A DNA stretch of 64,000 nt from Gammaproteobacteria bacterium. GTDB lineage: Bacteria; Pseudomonadota; Gammaproteobacteria; UBA6429; Thiohalophilaceae. The stretch is taken from the NCBI GenBank assembly GCA_029880855.1, contig JAOUNS010000005.1, positions 145,130-209,129 of the forward strand, given 5' to 3'. Shown here piece after piece: positions 22,187-32,844 of the stretch. The position numbers and the translations under genes are program-made. Every line of letters starts with the position of its first letter. Position 1 is the stretch's first letter. Under the pieces are notes generated by a model. It worked only from the letters and a program-made list of their open reading frames with translations. It was not told the origin of the DNA and searched no databases.

Positions 22187-23615
22187 CCTGCGCATCCTGC
22201 TGGCCTATGTGGTCTTGACCGGGCTGTCCATTCTCTATCTGATGCAAAGTGTCACCACTGAACTGGTCCCAGGTATGCGTCAGTCACTGGAAGAGGTGCT
22301 GGTCGACACCGCCAACCTGCTGGCCGAATCCGTACAGGAGGAGATCCGTTCGGGACAAGTCGCACGGGGCCGGTTTGCCGGCAGCATGGATGCCTTTACG
22401 CAACGGAATATTGATGCCCTGATCTCATCCAAATTCAAACACGACACCAATTTGGTGGTGTATGTAACTGATGCGAAAGGCATCGTTTTATACGACTCAC
22501 GCCGGCAGGATACCGGCAAGGATTATTCCCAATGGAATGATGTTTATCTCACACTGCGCGGGCGTTACGGCGCCCGTTCCACCCGCCTGAACCCCAATGA
22601 TCCGAACAGCAGTGTGATGTATGTGGCGGCACCGGTTCGACACAAACAAAAAATCATCGGCGTTGTGACCGTCGGCAAACCCAGTGCCAGTGTCCAGCCC
22701 TACTTTGAATCCGCTGTCCGCAAGATTGAAAACAAGATCCTGATCCTGCTGCTCGCCTCCCTGGCGCTGGTCACCTTTGTCGTCTATTGGCTGACCCAGT
22801 CTATCCGTCGCCTTACCCAATACGCCCACGCCGTACAGGCCGGTGAACGTGTTAATGTTCCCGCGCTGCGTGAAAAAGAGCTGGCGCAACTTGCCGACGC
22901 CATGGAGCAAATGCGGATCTCGCTGGAAGGCAAGAATTATGTCGAAAACTACCTGCATAACCTGACCCATGAACTGAAAAGCCCGCTGGCCGCCATCCAG
23001 GGTGCAGCGGAATTGTTACAGGAAGAGATGCCGGTGGAGGCACAACAACGCTTTGTGCGTAACATCGCCAATGAAAGTCAGCGTCTGCGGCAAATCGTCG
23101 AGCAGTTGCTGCGTCTGGCCACACTGGAAAAACGCCGTCAACTGGAAGAGGTTGAAGCGGTCCAAACCGCCCAGTTGATCACACAGCTTTGTGACGACAA
23201 ACTCCCCATACTGCAGGCCAAACATCTGACGCTGAATATCAATCCCCTCTGTACAGGCACGGTAGAGGCCGAACGTTTTCTCCTGCAACAGGCCATCAGC
23301 AACCTGCTGGATAATGCCATCGACTTCAGCCCGGCCGGAGCGAAAATAGAGCTCACTGACACACACAATGATCAGGACTGGACCTTTTGCGTCCGCGATT
23401 ATGGACCCGGTATCCCGGAATATGCCCTGCCGCGCATTTTTGATCGTTTCTACTCCCTGCCCCGTCCGGACAGCGGCGCCAAAAGTACCGGTCTGGGGCT
23501 CAGCCTGGTCCAGGAAGTGATTAAGCTGCATGGCGGCAAAACCCATATCCGCAATGCCGGGGACGGTGGTGCGGAAATCTGTATCAGCCTGCCTTTGTAC
23601 CGCTCCCCGCGCTAA
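22176..23615 (+). CDS. creC: Sensor histidine kinase CreC
   Basis: MSLSLRILLAYVV start overlaps the creB stop (ATG at 22176). H-box LTHELKSPLAAI. HATPase motifs N-box NLLDNAIDF, G1 DYGPGI and G2 GLGLSLV. The in-frame upstream extension (22038) is a likely ORF-track artefact. Confidence 0.8.
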   Translation: MSLSLRILLAYVVLTGLSILYLMQSVTTELVPGMRQSLEEVLVDTANLLAESVQEEIRSGQVARGRFAGSMDAFTQRNIDALISSKFKHDTNLVVYVTDAKGIVLYDSRRQDTGKDYSQWNDVYLTLRGRYGARSTRLNPNDPNSSVMYVAAPVRHKQKIIGVVTVGKPSASVQPYFESAVRKIENKILILLLASLALVTFVVYWLTQSIRRLTQYAHAVQAGERVNVPALREKELAQLADAMEQMRISLEGKNYVENYLHNLTHELKSPLAAIQGAAELLQEEMPVEAQQRFVRNIANESQRLRQIVEQLLRLATLEKRRQLEEVEAVQTAQLITQLCDDKLPILQAKHLTLNINPLCTGTVEAERFLLQQAISNLLDNAIDFSPAGAKIELTDTHNDQDWTFCVRDYGPGIPEYALPRIFDRFYSLPRPDSGAKSTGLGLSLVQEVIKLHGGKTHIRNAGDGGAEICISLPLYRSPR

Positions 23616-23717
23616 AACCATACCACACACAAAACACACATTTCACACAGAACCCCCACACTATCCACAATCCCGCCTGTCATGCTGTGATCAGCAACCA
23701 TGACAAGGGGAACAACC

Positions 23718-25097
23718 ATGAACAGACGATTTATTTTCAAGGTAGGTATCATCGCTGCACTGATGCTGCTTCTGCTGATACCACTCGCCATGATCGAGGG
23801 TGTGGTCAGTGAACGCGTTTTCTTCCGTGAAGAGGCCCGCAACAGTATTTCGCAAAGCTGGACCGGCAATCAGAAACTGATTGGGCCGGTACTCATTGTG
23901 CCATATGTGGAGTACTACAAAAAGCGCGAATGGGACAGCAACCTGAAGACCTATCAGAATATCACCTATCACACCAACAGAAAGCTGTATATCCTGCCGG
24001 AAAACCTGCAAATTAACGGTGAGGTAAAAACTGAAAATCGCAAACGCGGCTTATATGACATTCCTGTTTACGCCACCGATCTGGATATAAAAGGAACATT
24101 CAGCAACCGTGAAGCGGTACATCAGGCACAGAACAAAGGCAGTAACATCAAATGGAAAAAACCGTATCTGACTATATTAATCAGTGATATCCGGGGTATC
24201 AGTGAACAACCACTGTTAAACTGGGCAGGTAAAGAGTATGAATTCGCATCAGGCTCTGCTGTCGAACAGATTGGTAACGGTATGCACGCCTCACTTGGTG
24301 AGCTGGAAACAGGTCGCATCACCGCCTATCCGTTTTCCTTCAAGGTTAACCTGAAAGGGATGGAGAAGATCCAGTTTGCTGCGGTGGGTAAAACCACGAA
24401 AGTGTCATTATCCGCCAACTGGCCGCATCCGAGCTTTATCGGACGTTATCTCCCGGCAACAAAAGTGATCGATCCCGATAAATTTTCCGCCACCTGGCAA
24501 CTGTCATCCTTTTCCAGTGACATGCCTCGGCTGATCAACGCCTGCCAGAATAACCAATGCAGTGAGTTTACGAATAACACCTTCGGCGTGGCATTAATCA
24601 ACACCGTTGATATTTACCATAAAACGGAACGTTCTGTAAAATACGCCATTCTGTTTATCAGTCTGACCTTTATTACTTTCTTCCTGTTTGAAATCATGAA
24701 GAATCTGCGTCTGCATCCCATGCAATATCTGCTGGTCGGTATGTCACTGACATTCTTCTATCTGCTGCTGGTCTCGCTGTCTGAGCATATCGCCTTCATC
24801 TACGCTTATATGATTGCAGCCGGCGCCAATATCATTACCATAGGCATCTATATCAGCGCCATATTGTCCAGTCGCAAGATGGCTACCGGTTTTTCCGGTA
24901 TGCTGACCCTGCTGTACATGATGCTTTACGCAATCCTGGTTTCGGAAGACAACTCACTGCTCATGGGTAGTCTGTTGTTCTTCTCGATCCTGTCGCTGGT
25001 GATGCTCATCACCCGCAAAGTGGATTGGTATGAAGTAACCGAGAAGCTGGCCAACCAGACAGCCCACAAATCTCCGATTGAACAAACAAACGGGTAA
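23718..25097 (+). CDS. creD: Inner membrane protein CreD
   Basis: About 460 aa with an N-terminal TM after MNRRFIFKVGII and a polytopic C-terminus, in creBCD order. SD aagggga lies upstream of the ATG at 23718. Confidence 0.75.
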   Translation: MNRRFIFKVGIIAALMLLLLIPLAMIEGVVSERVFFREEARNSISQSWTGNQKLIGPVLIVPYVEYYKKREWDSNLKTYQNITYHTNRKLYILPENLQINGEVKTENRKRGLYDIPVYATDLDIKGTFSNREAVHQAQNKGSNIKWKKPYLTILISDIRGISEQPLLNWAGKEYEFASGSAVEQIGNGMHASLGELETGRITAYPFSFKVNLKGMEKIQFAAVGKTTKVSLSANWPHPSFIGRYLPATKVIDPDKFSATWQLSSFSSDMPRLINACQNNQCSEFTNNTFGVALINTVDIYHKTERSVKYAILFISLTFITFFLFEIMKNLRLHPMQYLLVGMSLTFFYLLLVSLSEHIAFIYAYMIAAGANIITIGIYISAILSSRKMATGFSGMLTLLYMMLYAILVSEDNSLLMGSLLFFSILSLVMLITRKVDWYEVTEKLANQTAHKSPIEQTNG

Positions 25098-25102
25098 CAA
25101 AA

Positions 25103-25131
25103 AGCCCCGCCGGTTGATAACCGGCGGGGCT
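25103..25131 (-). terminator. Rho-independent terminator (serves the minus-strand gene 25158..27260; possibly bidirectional)
   Basis: GC-rich stem GCCCCGCCGG / CCGGCGGGGC with loop TTGATAA. A T5 run follows on the minus strand. Confidence 0.6.
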
Positions 25132-25157
25132 GATTCCTGTAACTTGTTTATCTCAGC

Positions 25158-27260
25158 CTAAAACACCACAGCAGCCATGACCAACGGTCCATGTCTTAAC
25201 AGGACGGCATCTTCGAGGAAAAAGCCACGCTCCCCATTCGGCCGATTTTCATCTTCGCCAGGTTCACCACCCGGGAAGTAATCAAAGTTAACCCGATAGC
25301 CCACTTTCACATAACCGCCAAGGTTCCAGAGCGACTTCCAGCGTTTAAACCAGACCCAGCCGGCCTCCATCTGCGTACCGAACATGATATCGTTGTTAAT
25401 ATCCGGTCTTTCGCTCCAGGGCCCGGTGCCAATTCCCTTGTATGTATATGAAACCATGCCAAGTCTGCCTTCTATATCAAAATAGGAACGGCTCTCACTG
25501 ACACCATATTTTTCCAGATAATTAATCGTTGTGTAGCCGTAATGTGCGGCTAAAATATCCACATCCACTTCAGCTATACCGGTAGCCAGCGTCTGCCAAC
25601 CGAAAACACTCGACCATTCTTTTTCAGCAATTTTCCTGAACTGATTATAACTTTGGTAAACAATACCAAACTGGGTCCGTGCATGAGACAGCAGACTCAA
25701 TTTAACGCTGACATAATCCATATCATATTTGAAATTTGTACTATTGGTGCTGTCTTTTAGTGTTACCGTAGTGGAGCTCTGCTCAAACCCCAGTTTGAAA
25801 TCATAGTTGTACAGCAATTTTTCCCAGCCAACGTAGGCGCCAAAGTATTTAATTGCATCCTTGCTCGCATCCGACGAGACAACCTGGGATTCGACCACTT
25901 CCTGGGCATATTCAACCCCATAATCCACATTGAACAGTTTGCCCTGAAACTCCACCATATTGACCAGCGCATTCTCAATGTCATAGCTCAGATCACTGTC
26001 AGCGGAAAAATGCCAGAATGCATACTGACCACCAACCCCGACTGACAATGCATAGGACTTAAAGCTTTCTCGATAGCTGTTGGACAACTCCTGTCCCAGG
26101 CTCAAGCGTTCGCCGGGACTCATATCTCCGGCAAACAGGTTGCCGCGCACATGGCCGTACGTTGCCAAATTTTCGGCCATTTTTCGCAGATCTGCCGTTC
26201 CGTCCAACTTCAAATAGACCCGTTCTCCGGTATCCTTGTCGACGATATAGGTTAACAGGATGCTCCCATCGCTGCCACGGGCGCCGGCCAGTTCCCAGCC
26301 GACATTTTTCTGTTGCGAGGCGTCCAGCACAAACTGCTCGATAATCCGGCCCTGATTATCCAGTTTACTGGCCAACAGGCCTTTACTGAAAGGCGTGCGG
26401 TAGAAATAATGGATAGTCCATATATCCCCGCCTTCGACAAAGGCGATATTCTCAAAGCCGCTTTCCCGGTCATCAACCAGGGCTGTATAAACACTCTTGT
26501 CACCGCGTTTGTAAAAATGGTGCCGCAGTACACGCTCTTCAGGGTCATGGAAAAAAGCATGCGGATGCCCTTCACTGTCCCAAACAATGGAATGACTGCC
26601 TCGTATACGTTTGCTGTCAGTCACTTTTTGTCCTGCAACGTCAAAATCAAACACGATAGAATCGTCAAGAAAACCACCATTACTATTCGTGTAAACCCGT
26701 GCAGGCATAGAGCTTGACTGTTCAGATTCATACTCCGGCTGACTGACATGAGTGCCGTTTATGTAGTGATCAAATGAATCATTACCTGCCTTTGTGCGGA
26801 AGAATATTCTGCCCTTGGCATCGGTCACAAATTTCTCATCAGCCAATGCACCACTGACCCGGGTCGTGTGACAGCGTGGTGTACAAATCTCTACAAAAGA
26901 ACCGGAGGCAACCACAATCGTGGTTGTTATTACCTTGCCGTTTACAACTGTGGTTTGCGTAATTGTATGCACAGCATTGACATGAGTAATGAGTTTTCCA
27001 TCACTGGAAACACCGGTTGCACGGGCAGTGACTCGCATCTGGCCAAATTGATTTTTGAATTGAACCCGCTGAAAATTACCATTGGTATATATATAGGCAT
27101 AAGTACCATAATCCGCATAAAAACGCCCGCTGTTATCACTGAAAATCCTGTTCGGTTTGACGTTGGGAAAGCCTTCCAGATATTCAATTGCATATGCACT
27201 GTATTGGCAGCCAAAAGACAAAAAAACCAGTGTAAAAATGAACTTGATGTATCCGCGCAT
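25158..27260 (-). CDS. Hypothetical exported protein, probable outer-membrane beta-barrel (C-terminal ...AAVVF)
   Basis: 700 aa with a signal peptide (MRGYIKFIFTLVFLSFGCQYSAYA), Tyr/Gly-rich beta-strand-like segments and a terminal aromatic residue. GC is lower than the flanks. Confidence 0.5.
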   Translation of the reverse strand: MRGYIKFIFTLVFLSFGCQYSAYAIEYLEGFPNVKPNRIFSDNSGRFYADYGTYAYIYTNGNFQRVQFKNQFGQMRVTARATGVSSDGKLITHVNAVHTITQTTVVNGKVITTTIVVASGSFVEICTPRCHTTRVSGALADEKFVTDAKGRIFFRTKAGNDSFDHYINGTHVSQPEYESEQSSSMPARVYTNSNGGFLDDSIVFDFDVAGQKVTDSKRIRGSHSIVWDSEGHPHAFFHDPEERVLRHHFYKRGDKSVYTALVDDRESGFENIAFVEGGDIWTIHYFYRTPFSKGLLASKLDNQGRIIEQFVLDASQQKNVGWELAGARGSDGSILLTYIVDKDTGERVYLKLDGTADLRKMAENLATYGHVRGNLFAGDMSPGERLSLGQELSNSYRESFKSYALSVGVGGQYAFWHFSADSDLSYDIENALVNMVEFQGKLFNVDYGVEYAQEVVESQVVSSDASKDAIKYFGAYVGWEKLLYNYDFKLGFEQSSTTVTLKDSTNSTNFKYDMDYVSVKLSLLSHARTQFGIVYQSYNQFRKIAEKEWSSVFGWQTLATGIAEVDVDILAAHYGYTTINYLEKYGVSESRSYFDIEGRLGMVSYTYKGIGTGPWSERPDINNDIMFGTQMEAGWVWFKRWKSLWNLGGYVKVGYRVNFDYFPGGEPGEDENRPNGERGFFLEDAVLLRHGPLVMAAVVF

Positions 27261-27463
27261 AATATTTGCTCAAAATTAGAATATTAATGTTTTCTGCGAA
27301 ACAGACGCAGAAGATGTAACTCAATAAGAGAATAGTAGCACGGATATACAGAGGGTAAAATAAACCATATGATGAAGACAGCCCTGAAGGACACCTCCAA
27401 CTGACTGATACTTGATGAAAATATCCGCCCCCGGGCGGTATACCCGGAGGCAGATTCGGCTGG

Positions 27464-28660
27464 TCAGCCTTTTACACAAACAACCTGACGCAGGGTATGC
27501 ACAACTTCAACCAGATCACTCTGATTTGCCATCACCACGTCAATGTCCTTGTAGGCACCGGGGATCTCATCGATAACACCGGCATCCTTGCGACATTCGA
27601 TACCGGCGGTCTGTTGCTCCAGATCGGCGGTGCTGTAGTGACGCTTGGCCTTGCCACGACTCATACGACGACCTGCACCATGCGAGCATGAGCAGAATGA
27701 ATCCGGGTTGCCTTTACCACGGACAATGTAGGATTTGGCCCCCATGCTGCCCGGGATAATACCCAGTTCATCCACACCGGCACGAATCGCACCCTTGCGC
27801 GTGATGTAGACGTTTTCACCGAAATGATTTTCGATGGCCACGTAGTTGTGGTGACAGTTGATCGCTTCTTTGGTCACGCCAAACTTTGGCAGTTCCTTTT
27901 TCAGCGCATCAACAATCAGACGCATCATTTCACGACGGTTATCCATCGCATAATCCTGCGCCCAGTGCACCGCAGTCACATAGTCATCAAAATGTTCCGC
28001 ACCTTCAGTAAAGTAGGCCAGATCTTTATCAGGCAGGTTGTGGATATGACGTTCCATATCCTTCTGCGCCTGACGAATAAAGTACTGACCAATCACATTA
28101 CCGATACCACGGCTGCCTGAATGCAACATGATCCAGACATCATCATTTTCATCCAGACAGATTTCGATGAAGTGGTTACCACCACCCAGCGTACCCAGCT
28201 GGCGTATCCAGGTCTGGTAGGGCTTCTTCTGCATCTTCAGAATCTTCGGATGCTTCTGCAAGACCTCATCCAGCCCCACACCCAGTGCGCGAATGGTTGA
28301 ATCACGCGCCTTGTCGGTCTTGTGCATATCAAAGCCCACCGGAATGGCGGCTTCGATGGCTGAACGCACACGCTTCAGGTTATCAGGCAAATCTTTCGCC
28401 TTGATAGACAGACGCATGGCATTCATACCACAACCGATATCCACACCAACCGCAGCCGGAATGATCGCACCTTTGCAGGGAATCACTGAACCCACCGTCG
28501 CACCCTTGCCATAGTGCACATCGGGCATGGCCGCGATATGGCTATGCACAAAGGGCAGTTGTGCAATGTTGTACAACTGCTGGTAGGCCTCATGCTCAAT
28601 GTCATCGGTGTAGATCTTGACCGGCACCTTGCCTTTGGTAATTAACTTTTTAACAGGCAT
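27464..28660 (-). CDS. rtcB: RNA-splicing ligase RtcB (3'-phosphate/5'-OH RNA ligase)
   Basis: 398 aa. GGNHFIEI motif, multiple His/Cys metal ligands (HSGSRGIGN, CHHNY), and HGAGR near the C-terminus. No rtcA or rtcR is adjacent. Confidence 0.9.
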   Translation of the reverse strand: MPVKKLITKGKVPVKIYTDDIEHEAYQQLYNIAQLPFVHSHIAAMPDVHYGKGATVGSVIPCKGAIIPAAVGVDIGCGMNAMRLSIKAKDLPDNLKRVRSAIEAAIPVGFDMHKTDKARDSTIRALGVGLDEVLQKHPKILKMQKKPYQTWIRQLGTLGGGNHFIEICLDENDDVWIMLHSGSRGIGNVIGQYFIRQAQKDMERHIHNLPDKDLAYFTEGAEHFDDYVTAVHWAQDYAMDNRREMMRLIVDALKKELPKFGVTKEAINCHHNYVAIENHFGENVYITRKGAIRAGVDELGIIPGSMGAKSYIVRGKGNPDSFCSCSHGAGRRMSRGKAKRHYSTADLEQQTAGIECRKDAGVIDEIPGAYKDIDVVMANQSDLVEVVHTLRQVVCVKG

Positions 28661-28733
28661 AACTGCTTTCCTTTATCTGTGATAATCATGGCGCTGCGAG
28701 CCATCATAATGACCGCTGCGCAGACAGCACTTT

Positions 28734-28922
28734 TTAAAAGCTGCGACCCGATCCACATATACATGGATCGTTGCGGCCCAGCTTTTCGTGCAGCTCTTTC
28801 TCACCATGAACGACCCTAGTTCCTCGTTTCACGTTTGTCTCAGAGGGATAACCCCTGCAACGTTTGCTGGTCTTCTCAAAAGGGGAAAACCTGTTCGTCT
28901 TGTTTATCATATCGCATGACAC
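28734..28922 (-). pseudogene. Small ORF ending in a truncated SEC-C zinc-binding motif (...[14 protein letters not shown]); likely a gene remnant or 5'-leader ORF
   Basis: The NDPCxCGSG signature of the SEC-C motif is present, but the ORF terminates before the second Cys/His pair. It lies in the 274-nt leader upstream of rtcB. Confidence 0.25.
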
Positions 28923-28934
28923 ACCTCCATTTTC

Positions 28935-29909
28935 TTACTTTTCAAGAACAAACCATTCAGGATTTTTTACTTTCCTGTACCGACGGTTAAATTTTTTGTC
29001 TTTCAGCAAAAATCCAGGCGCAGTATCAGTTTGTTTGAAACAGAAACGCTTCGGTAAATGACTATACAAGGAACGAGGAGGTTTTGCATAACGAATATGT
29101 TTTACCTGACTTCCTGTATCGGCACTGTGAAAATATATTGCACCAACACCGAGTTCGTTCCTTATAAAGTCAATAGCAGCGGATAACACAGCCTCATCCC
29201 AGATTTTCTGATATGGTTGAATAACATGGCGACAATAATGCATTATATTGTCTATACTTCCGTTAGCCCCATACCACTCCGGCATCTTTCCGGTTGCTGC
29301 TTTGTACCGAATCACATCCTGCTCCAGCTCTTTTGCCTGTCTTACCCAATCACTTTGTACCTCTTCAATTAAGGCCTCATTCATAGAAAAATCAAGATCT
29401 ATACGCGCCCAGGCCAGGGTCTCACGTTTAAATGGGCGCACACTCCAATCAAGTATCGGATGTGAATAACTGTTCAACAGTTGCTCATACTCTGGCTTTA
29501 CCAGTTTTTTATAAACGCCATCGTGTTCATTGGAAAAGTTCAACTGCAAAACAAGGTTATACCCATCACGGGAAGTTTGATCATAATCATGACGCGAACA
29601 ACCCCACCGATCTACTGTCAGGACAAAATGATGCATTTCTTCCTTCCAATAGTCGGCAATCAGATTATGGGTCAAACACCCGTTACCCGCCCATGCCAGG
29701 ACTGATTTCACCACGGGTTTATCCAATAAAACCGAGAAACCTGACTTGCGAATATCAGCAATTGTCTTACCATCACCAACAAAATGATCCAGTAACATCA
29801 ATGCATATCTGTCCTTAAAGTAGCGAAACAGTGTCCGTTCATCAGGCAGACAGGCAATAATTTCATCCAATTCATGTTTATTCATTGTCCATGTCCTGTA
29901 ATAAATCAA
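28935..29909 (-). CDS. Hypothetical protein (no recognisable domain)
   Basis: 324-aa ORF. Likely start at MNKHELD (29885). Lower GC, upstream of rtcB. Confidence 0.5.
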   Translation of the reverse strand: MIYYRTWTMNKHELDEIIACLPDERTLFRYFKDRYALMLLDHFVGDGKTIADIRKSGFSVLLDKPVVKSVLAWAGNGCLTHNLIADYWKEEMHHFVLTVDRWGCSRHDYDQTSRDGYNLVLQLNFSNEHDGVYKKLVKPEYEQLLNSYSHPILDWSVRPFKRETLAWARIDLDFSMNEALIEEVQSDWVRQAKELEQDVIRYKAATGKMPEWYGANGSIDNIMHYCRHVIQPYQKIWDEAVLSAAIDFIRNELGVGAIYFHSADTGSQVKHIRYAKPPRSLYSHLPKRFCFKQTDTAPGFLLKDKKFNRRYRKVKNPEWFVLEK

Positions 29910-29922
29910 ATTTCAATTCCTG

Positions 29923-31365
29923 TTATAAATGTCGCGACAACATCAAATTCCGTTCAGCTATCCAGCGACGTATAACAGCCATTTCACGTTCAGTTGCCAG
30001 GCGGTTACGCAAACCACGGATTTGATAAACCGTCCTGTTTGTATTACGCACCTCAATGGTCAACAACTTCATCTTTGTCGTCCTATCCTGCATTTCCAGG
30101 CTCCAGATCGACGTATTGCCTGAATAACAGTTACTCGCATAGGTTGCGACACAGTGGCCCAGTTTGCGTCCTTCGTCGATCAACTCATCACTGCTGAGTA
30201 ACTCACGGAACAACCAGGTTTTCAGGTTCTTTCCCTTTTCAGTTCCTTCCACAAACTGATAGTCATGAACCCTTGACTTAACCCACTGCAACTTACCATG
30301 ACGTGTCGCCTTGCCAAGACGGGTATGCCAGTTATCCACCTGACGTAACAGCGACTCGGGAGTACGTCCACGCATGGTAAAGTTTGGTTGCTCAGGCCCT
30401 TCTTCCTGTGCCACACCGCGCGCAATAAAAACGGTGCGTGTTTCATACTTCTGATTCCAGATGTAATCAATAATCGGATGATAATGACTGGTATCCAGCA
30501 TGGGATTCTCAATAAAGAATCGCAAGACACTCAACCAAAACTCATCATCCCGAAAATCACGCACCAATCTGGTTTCCACCACTGCATCGGCTATCCGTTT
30601 GTTTCCACCCAGTGCACATATCTGTGCCCAGCGAAACGCACTCTTCACATCATACCTATCCGGCGCCAGGGTAAAATAATGCGCCATCTTTTTCGTCATC
30701 CTGACAGGCAGATCATTTGCAGCACGGATGTTCTTCCCTTCCCCCAGATGGATATACCAGCGAGCCTCGGTCAACTTTACATCCTGCCAGGCACTGTCCA
30801 TAAAAGCCGGTACCGGATATTTGGCAAACAAATGTCTGGCCAGCGAGGCAAACTGACGACCGGCATTGTGTGTATTGGGAGTCCATTCCGAAATCGGCCG
30901 TACCCACTTGCCATACATCTGCACCATGCCGGCAACGCCCTTGATATAGTCAACATGGTTCATCAATTTGGTCTTCTCATCCAGCATGATCAACACATCG
31001 CGCAAGAGCTTTTTGTTCCCGACACGATTAAACCCGTTGCGTATCGCGCCTATGGTTTCACCCGCTGATTCATAGCCCGATAACTTACCTGAAAAAAGGT
31101 CGATAATCAGGTTACTCATTCTTCCCTTTTGCTTGCGATACTTCATCTTTCTCTTCGCATACTGCATTCTAAAATGGGAATATTCCAGGTGCAGTTCCGC
31201 CTCACTCTTGTTAAGCGTGGCGCTAAAGCCTTGATCCATGCACCAGTCCAGGTATTCATCCATAGACTTAAATCCCATGGCACGCGCATACATCATGGCT
31301 GTCGCCTGACGCTCATCCCTGCTTCCCTTGTTTTTACGTTTATGCGCCATGGTTAAATTCCTCAT
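29923..31365 (-). CDS. Hypothetical protein, PcfJ-like (C-terminal GHCV motif region)
   Basis: 480 aa. C-terminal KLGHCVATYASNC resembles the PcfJ-like family seen on conjugative and phage elements. Assignment is tentative. Confidence 0.45.
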   Translation of the reverse strand: MRNLTMAHKRKNKGSRDERQATAMMYARAMGFKSMDEYLDWCMDQGFSATLNKSEAELHLEYSHFRMQYAKRKMKYRKQKGRMSNLIIDLFSGKLSGYESAGETIGAIRNGFNRVGNKKLLRDVLIMLDEKTKLMNHVDYIKGVAGMVQMYGKWVRPISEWTPNTHNAGRQFASLARHLFAKYPVPAFMDSAWQDVKLTEARWYIHLGEGKNIRAANDLPVRMTKKMAHYFTLAPDRYDVKSAFRWAQICALGGNKRIADAVVETRLVRDFRDDEFWLSVLRFFIENPMLDTSHYHPIIDYIWNQKYETRTVFIARGVAQEEGPEQPNFTMRGRTPESLLRQVDNWHTRLGKATRHGKLQWVKSRVHDYQFVEGTEKGKNLKTWLFRELLSSDELIDEGRKLGHCVATYASNCYSGNTSIWSLEMQDRTTKMKLLTIEVRNTNRTVYQIRGLRNRLATEREMAVIRRWIAERNLMLSRHL

Positions 31366-31424
31366 TCATTAAATTGATCTGCCCGGCTTGTTGCCTGCCG
31401 GGCAGACCTCCTTTTACATCCCTG

Positions 31425-32576
31425 TTAACCTGACTGCAGGTTGATACGAACGGTATCTTTCATGATCCCGTCCAGACCACCGAATACAGTCAGCCTGTCC
31501 ACTTTCTCGGTTACCTTTTCCAGAACTTCCAGTTCCTTCAAACGCATTAGAGTCGGGTTGTCTTCCATCAGTCGTGCAGTGTTCAGCAGTGAACGAGTCG
31601 CTGCTGTTTCTTCACGACGCTTGATGACATTGGCCTGCGCCACTTTTTCAGCCTCAACCACCTGGTTAAGGATCTCCTTCATGTCACCCGGCAGAATGAC
31701 ATCCTTGACACCGACGCTGCGCACTTCAATACCGAACTCGCTGATCTTTTCCTTCACTGAGTCAAAGATCACACGATCCAGTGCATCCTTTTCACCCAAC
31801 AGGGTATCCAGAGTGCGGGTACCTACTGCCTGACGCAGGGCAAACTGCATTTCACGATAGACATAGTCATTCATGTTTGACAGCTTGCTACGCGCAGCCA
31901 CCGGATCAGCGATCTGGTACTGTGCGGTCAGGTTAACGCGCAGGCTAACCTTGTCCTTGCTCAGGATCTCCTGTCCCTGAACTTCCATGGCCTGCAAACG
32001 CAGTTCAATCTGTTCAACCTTGATGTTACGGTTGAACTTCCAGAAGGCGTACAGCCCCGGCTTCAGTACATCAAGCAACTTGCCGTCAACAATCAGCAGA
32101 CCGGCATGATTGTCAGCCACTTCACCGGCAGTGACATAGTTAATCACTTCACGCGGCATGCTGTTCATACGCGCATGAGCGATCAAACGTGCCTTGTCCT
32201 TTGCCAGTGCGAAGTCATGTTCAATGTTCACGACTTCAACTTTTACATCCACCAGTCCCTTCCAGTACAACTGGCGAGTTCCCGGCGCCAGAATATCGGC
32301 CAGCTTGCCATTCTTGTAGACCAGACCGACTTCATATTCACCCAGCTCAACGAACTGGAAATACTGATCGACCAGATCTCGGTGCTCTTTCACCAATACA
32401 TCAAGGTATGGATGATTGAACTCTGCAACAGTCAGGTTATGAACCTCAACCGCAATACGACCGGTCAGATCAAATATACGGTAGATGCCCGGTTCAAGAA
32501 CCTTGACCACATTACGATCTTGCATATACACACCACGTTCATGTTGTGCGATAACGATACGCTTTAGTCCGAACAT
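31425..32576 (-). CDS. SPFH/band-7 domain protein (slipin-like)
   Basis: Likely start MFGLKRIV (32576) with an AAGGAG SD 8 nt upstream. Two SPFH-like repeats and a C-terminal coiled-coil (EAEKVAQANVIKRREETAATR). Confidence 0.65.
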   Translation of the reverse strand: MFGLKRIVIAQHERGVYMQDRNVVKVLEPGIYRIFDLTGRIAVEVHNLTVAEFNHPYLDVLVKEHRDLVDQYFQFVELGEYEVGLVYKNGKLADILAPGTRQLYWKGLVDVKVEVVNIEHDFALAKDKARLIAHARMNSMPREVINYVTAGEVADNHAGLLIVDGKLLDVLKPGLYAFWKFNRNIKVEQIELRLQAMEVQGQEILSKDKVSLRVNLTAQYQIADPVAARSKLSNMNDYVYREMQFALRQAVGTRTLDTLLGEKDALDRVIFDSVKEKISEFGIEVRSVGVKDVILPGDMKEILNQVVEAEKVAQANVIKRREETAATRSLLNTARLMEDNPTLMRLKELEVLEKVTEKVDRLTVFGGLDGIMKDTVRINLQSG

Positions 32577-32844
32577 CAAATTACTCCTTCTTAAGTTAAA
32601 GTTTGGGAAACGCCCCACACATCCGTGACGGAACACAAACCTGTTCACCTGCGGGTCGCTTTTATTCCCCGGTTTGGTACCCACAAGTCGTGTCACATCA
32701 AACCCCACACGGTATTTGCAGGTACCTGGCCGCTCGTTAAACGAGACTGGCAGGCTTACATCGTTATGTTCAGGTCACAGTCATGCTGTGATTCAATAGC
32801 GCATCATTCACCGAAGTGAAAGACTTGCTCTTAAACCACGGGAG

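Noticed and set aside
28661-28934. Y-RNA-like or other ncRNA in the rtcB leader
   Set aside because: No tRNA-like module or conserved Y-RNA stem could be drawn, and no Rsr (Ro60) gene is present. Only the truncated SEC-C ORF is reported.
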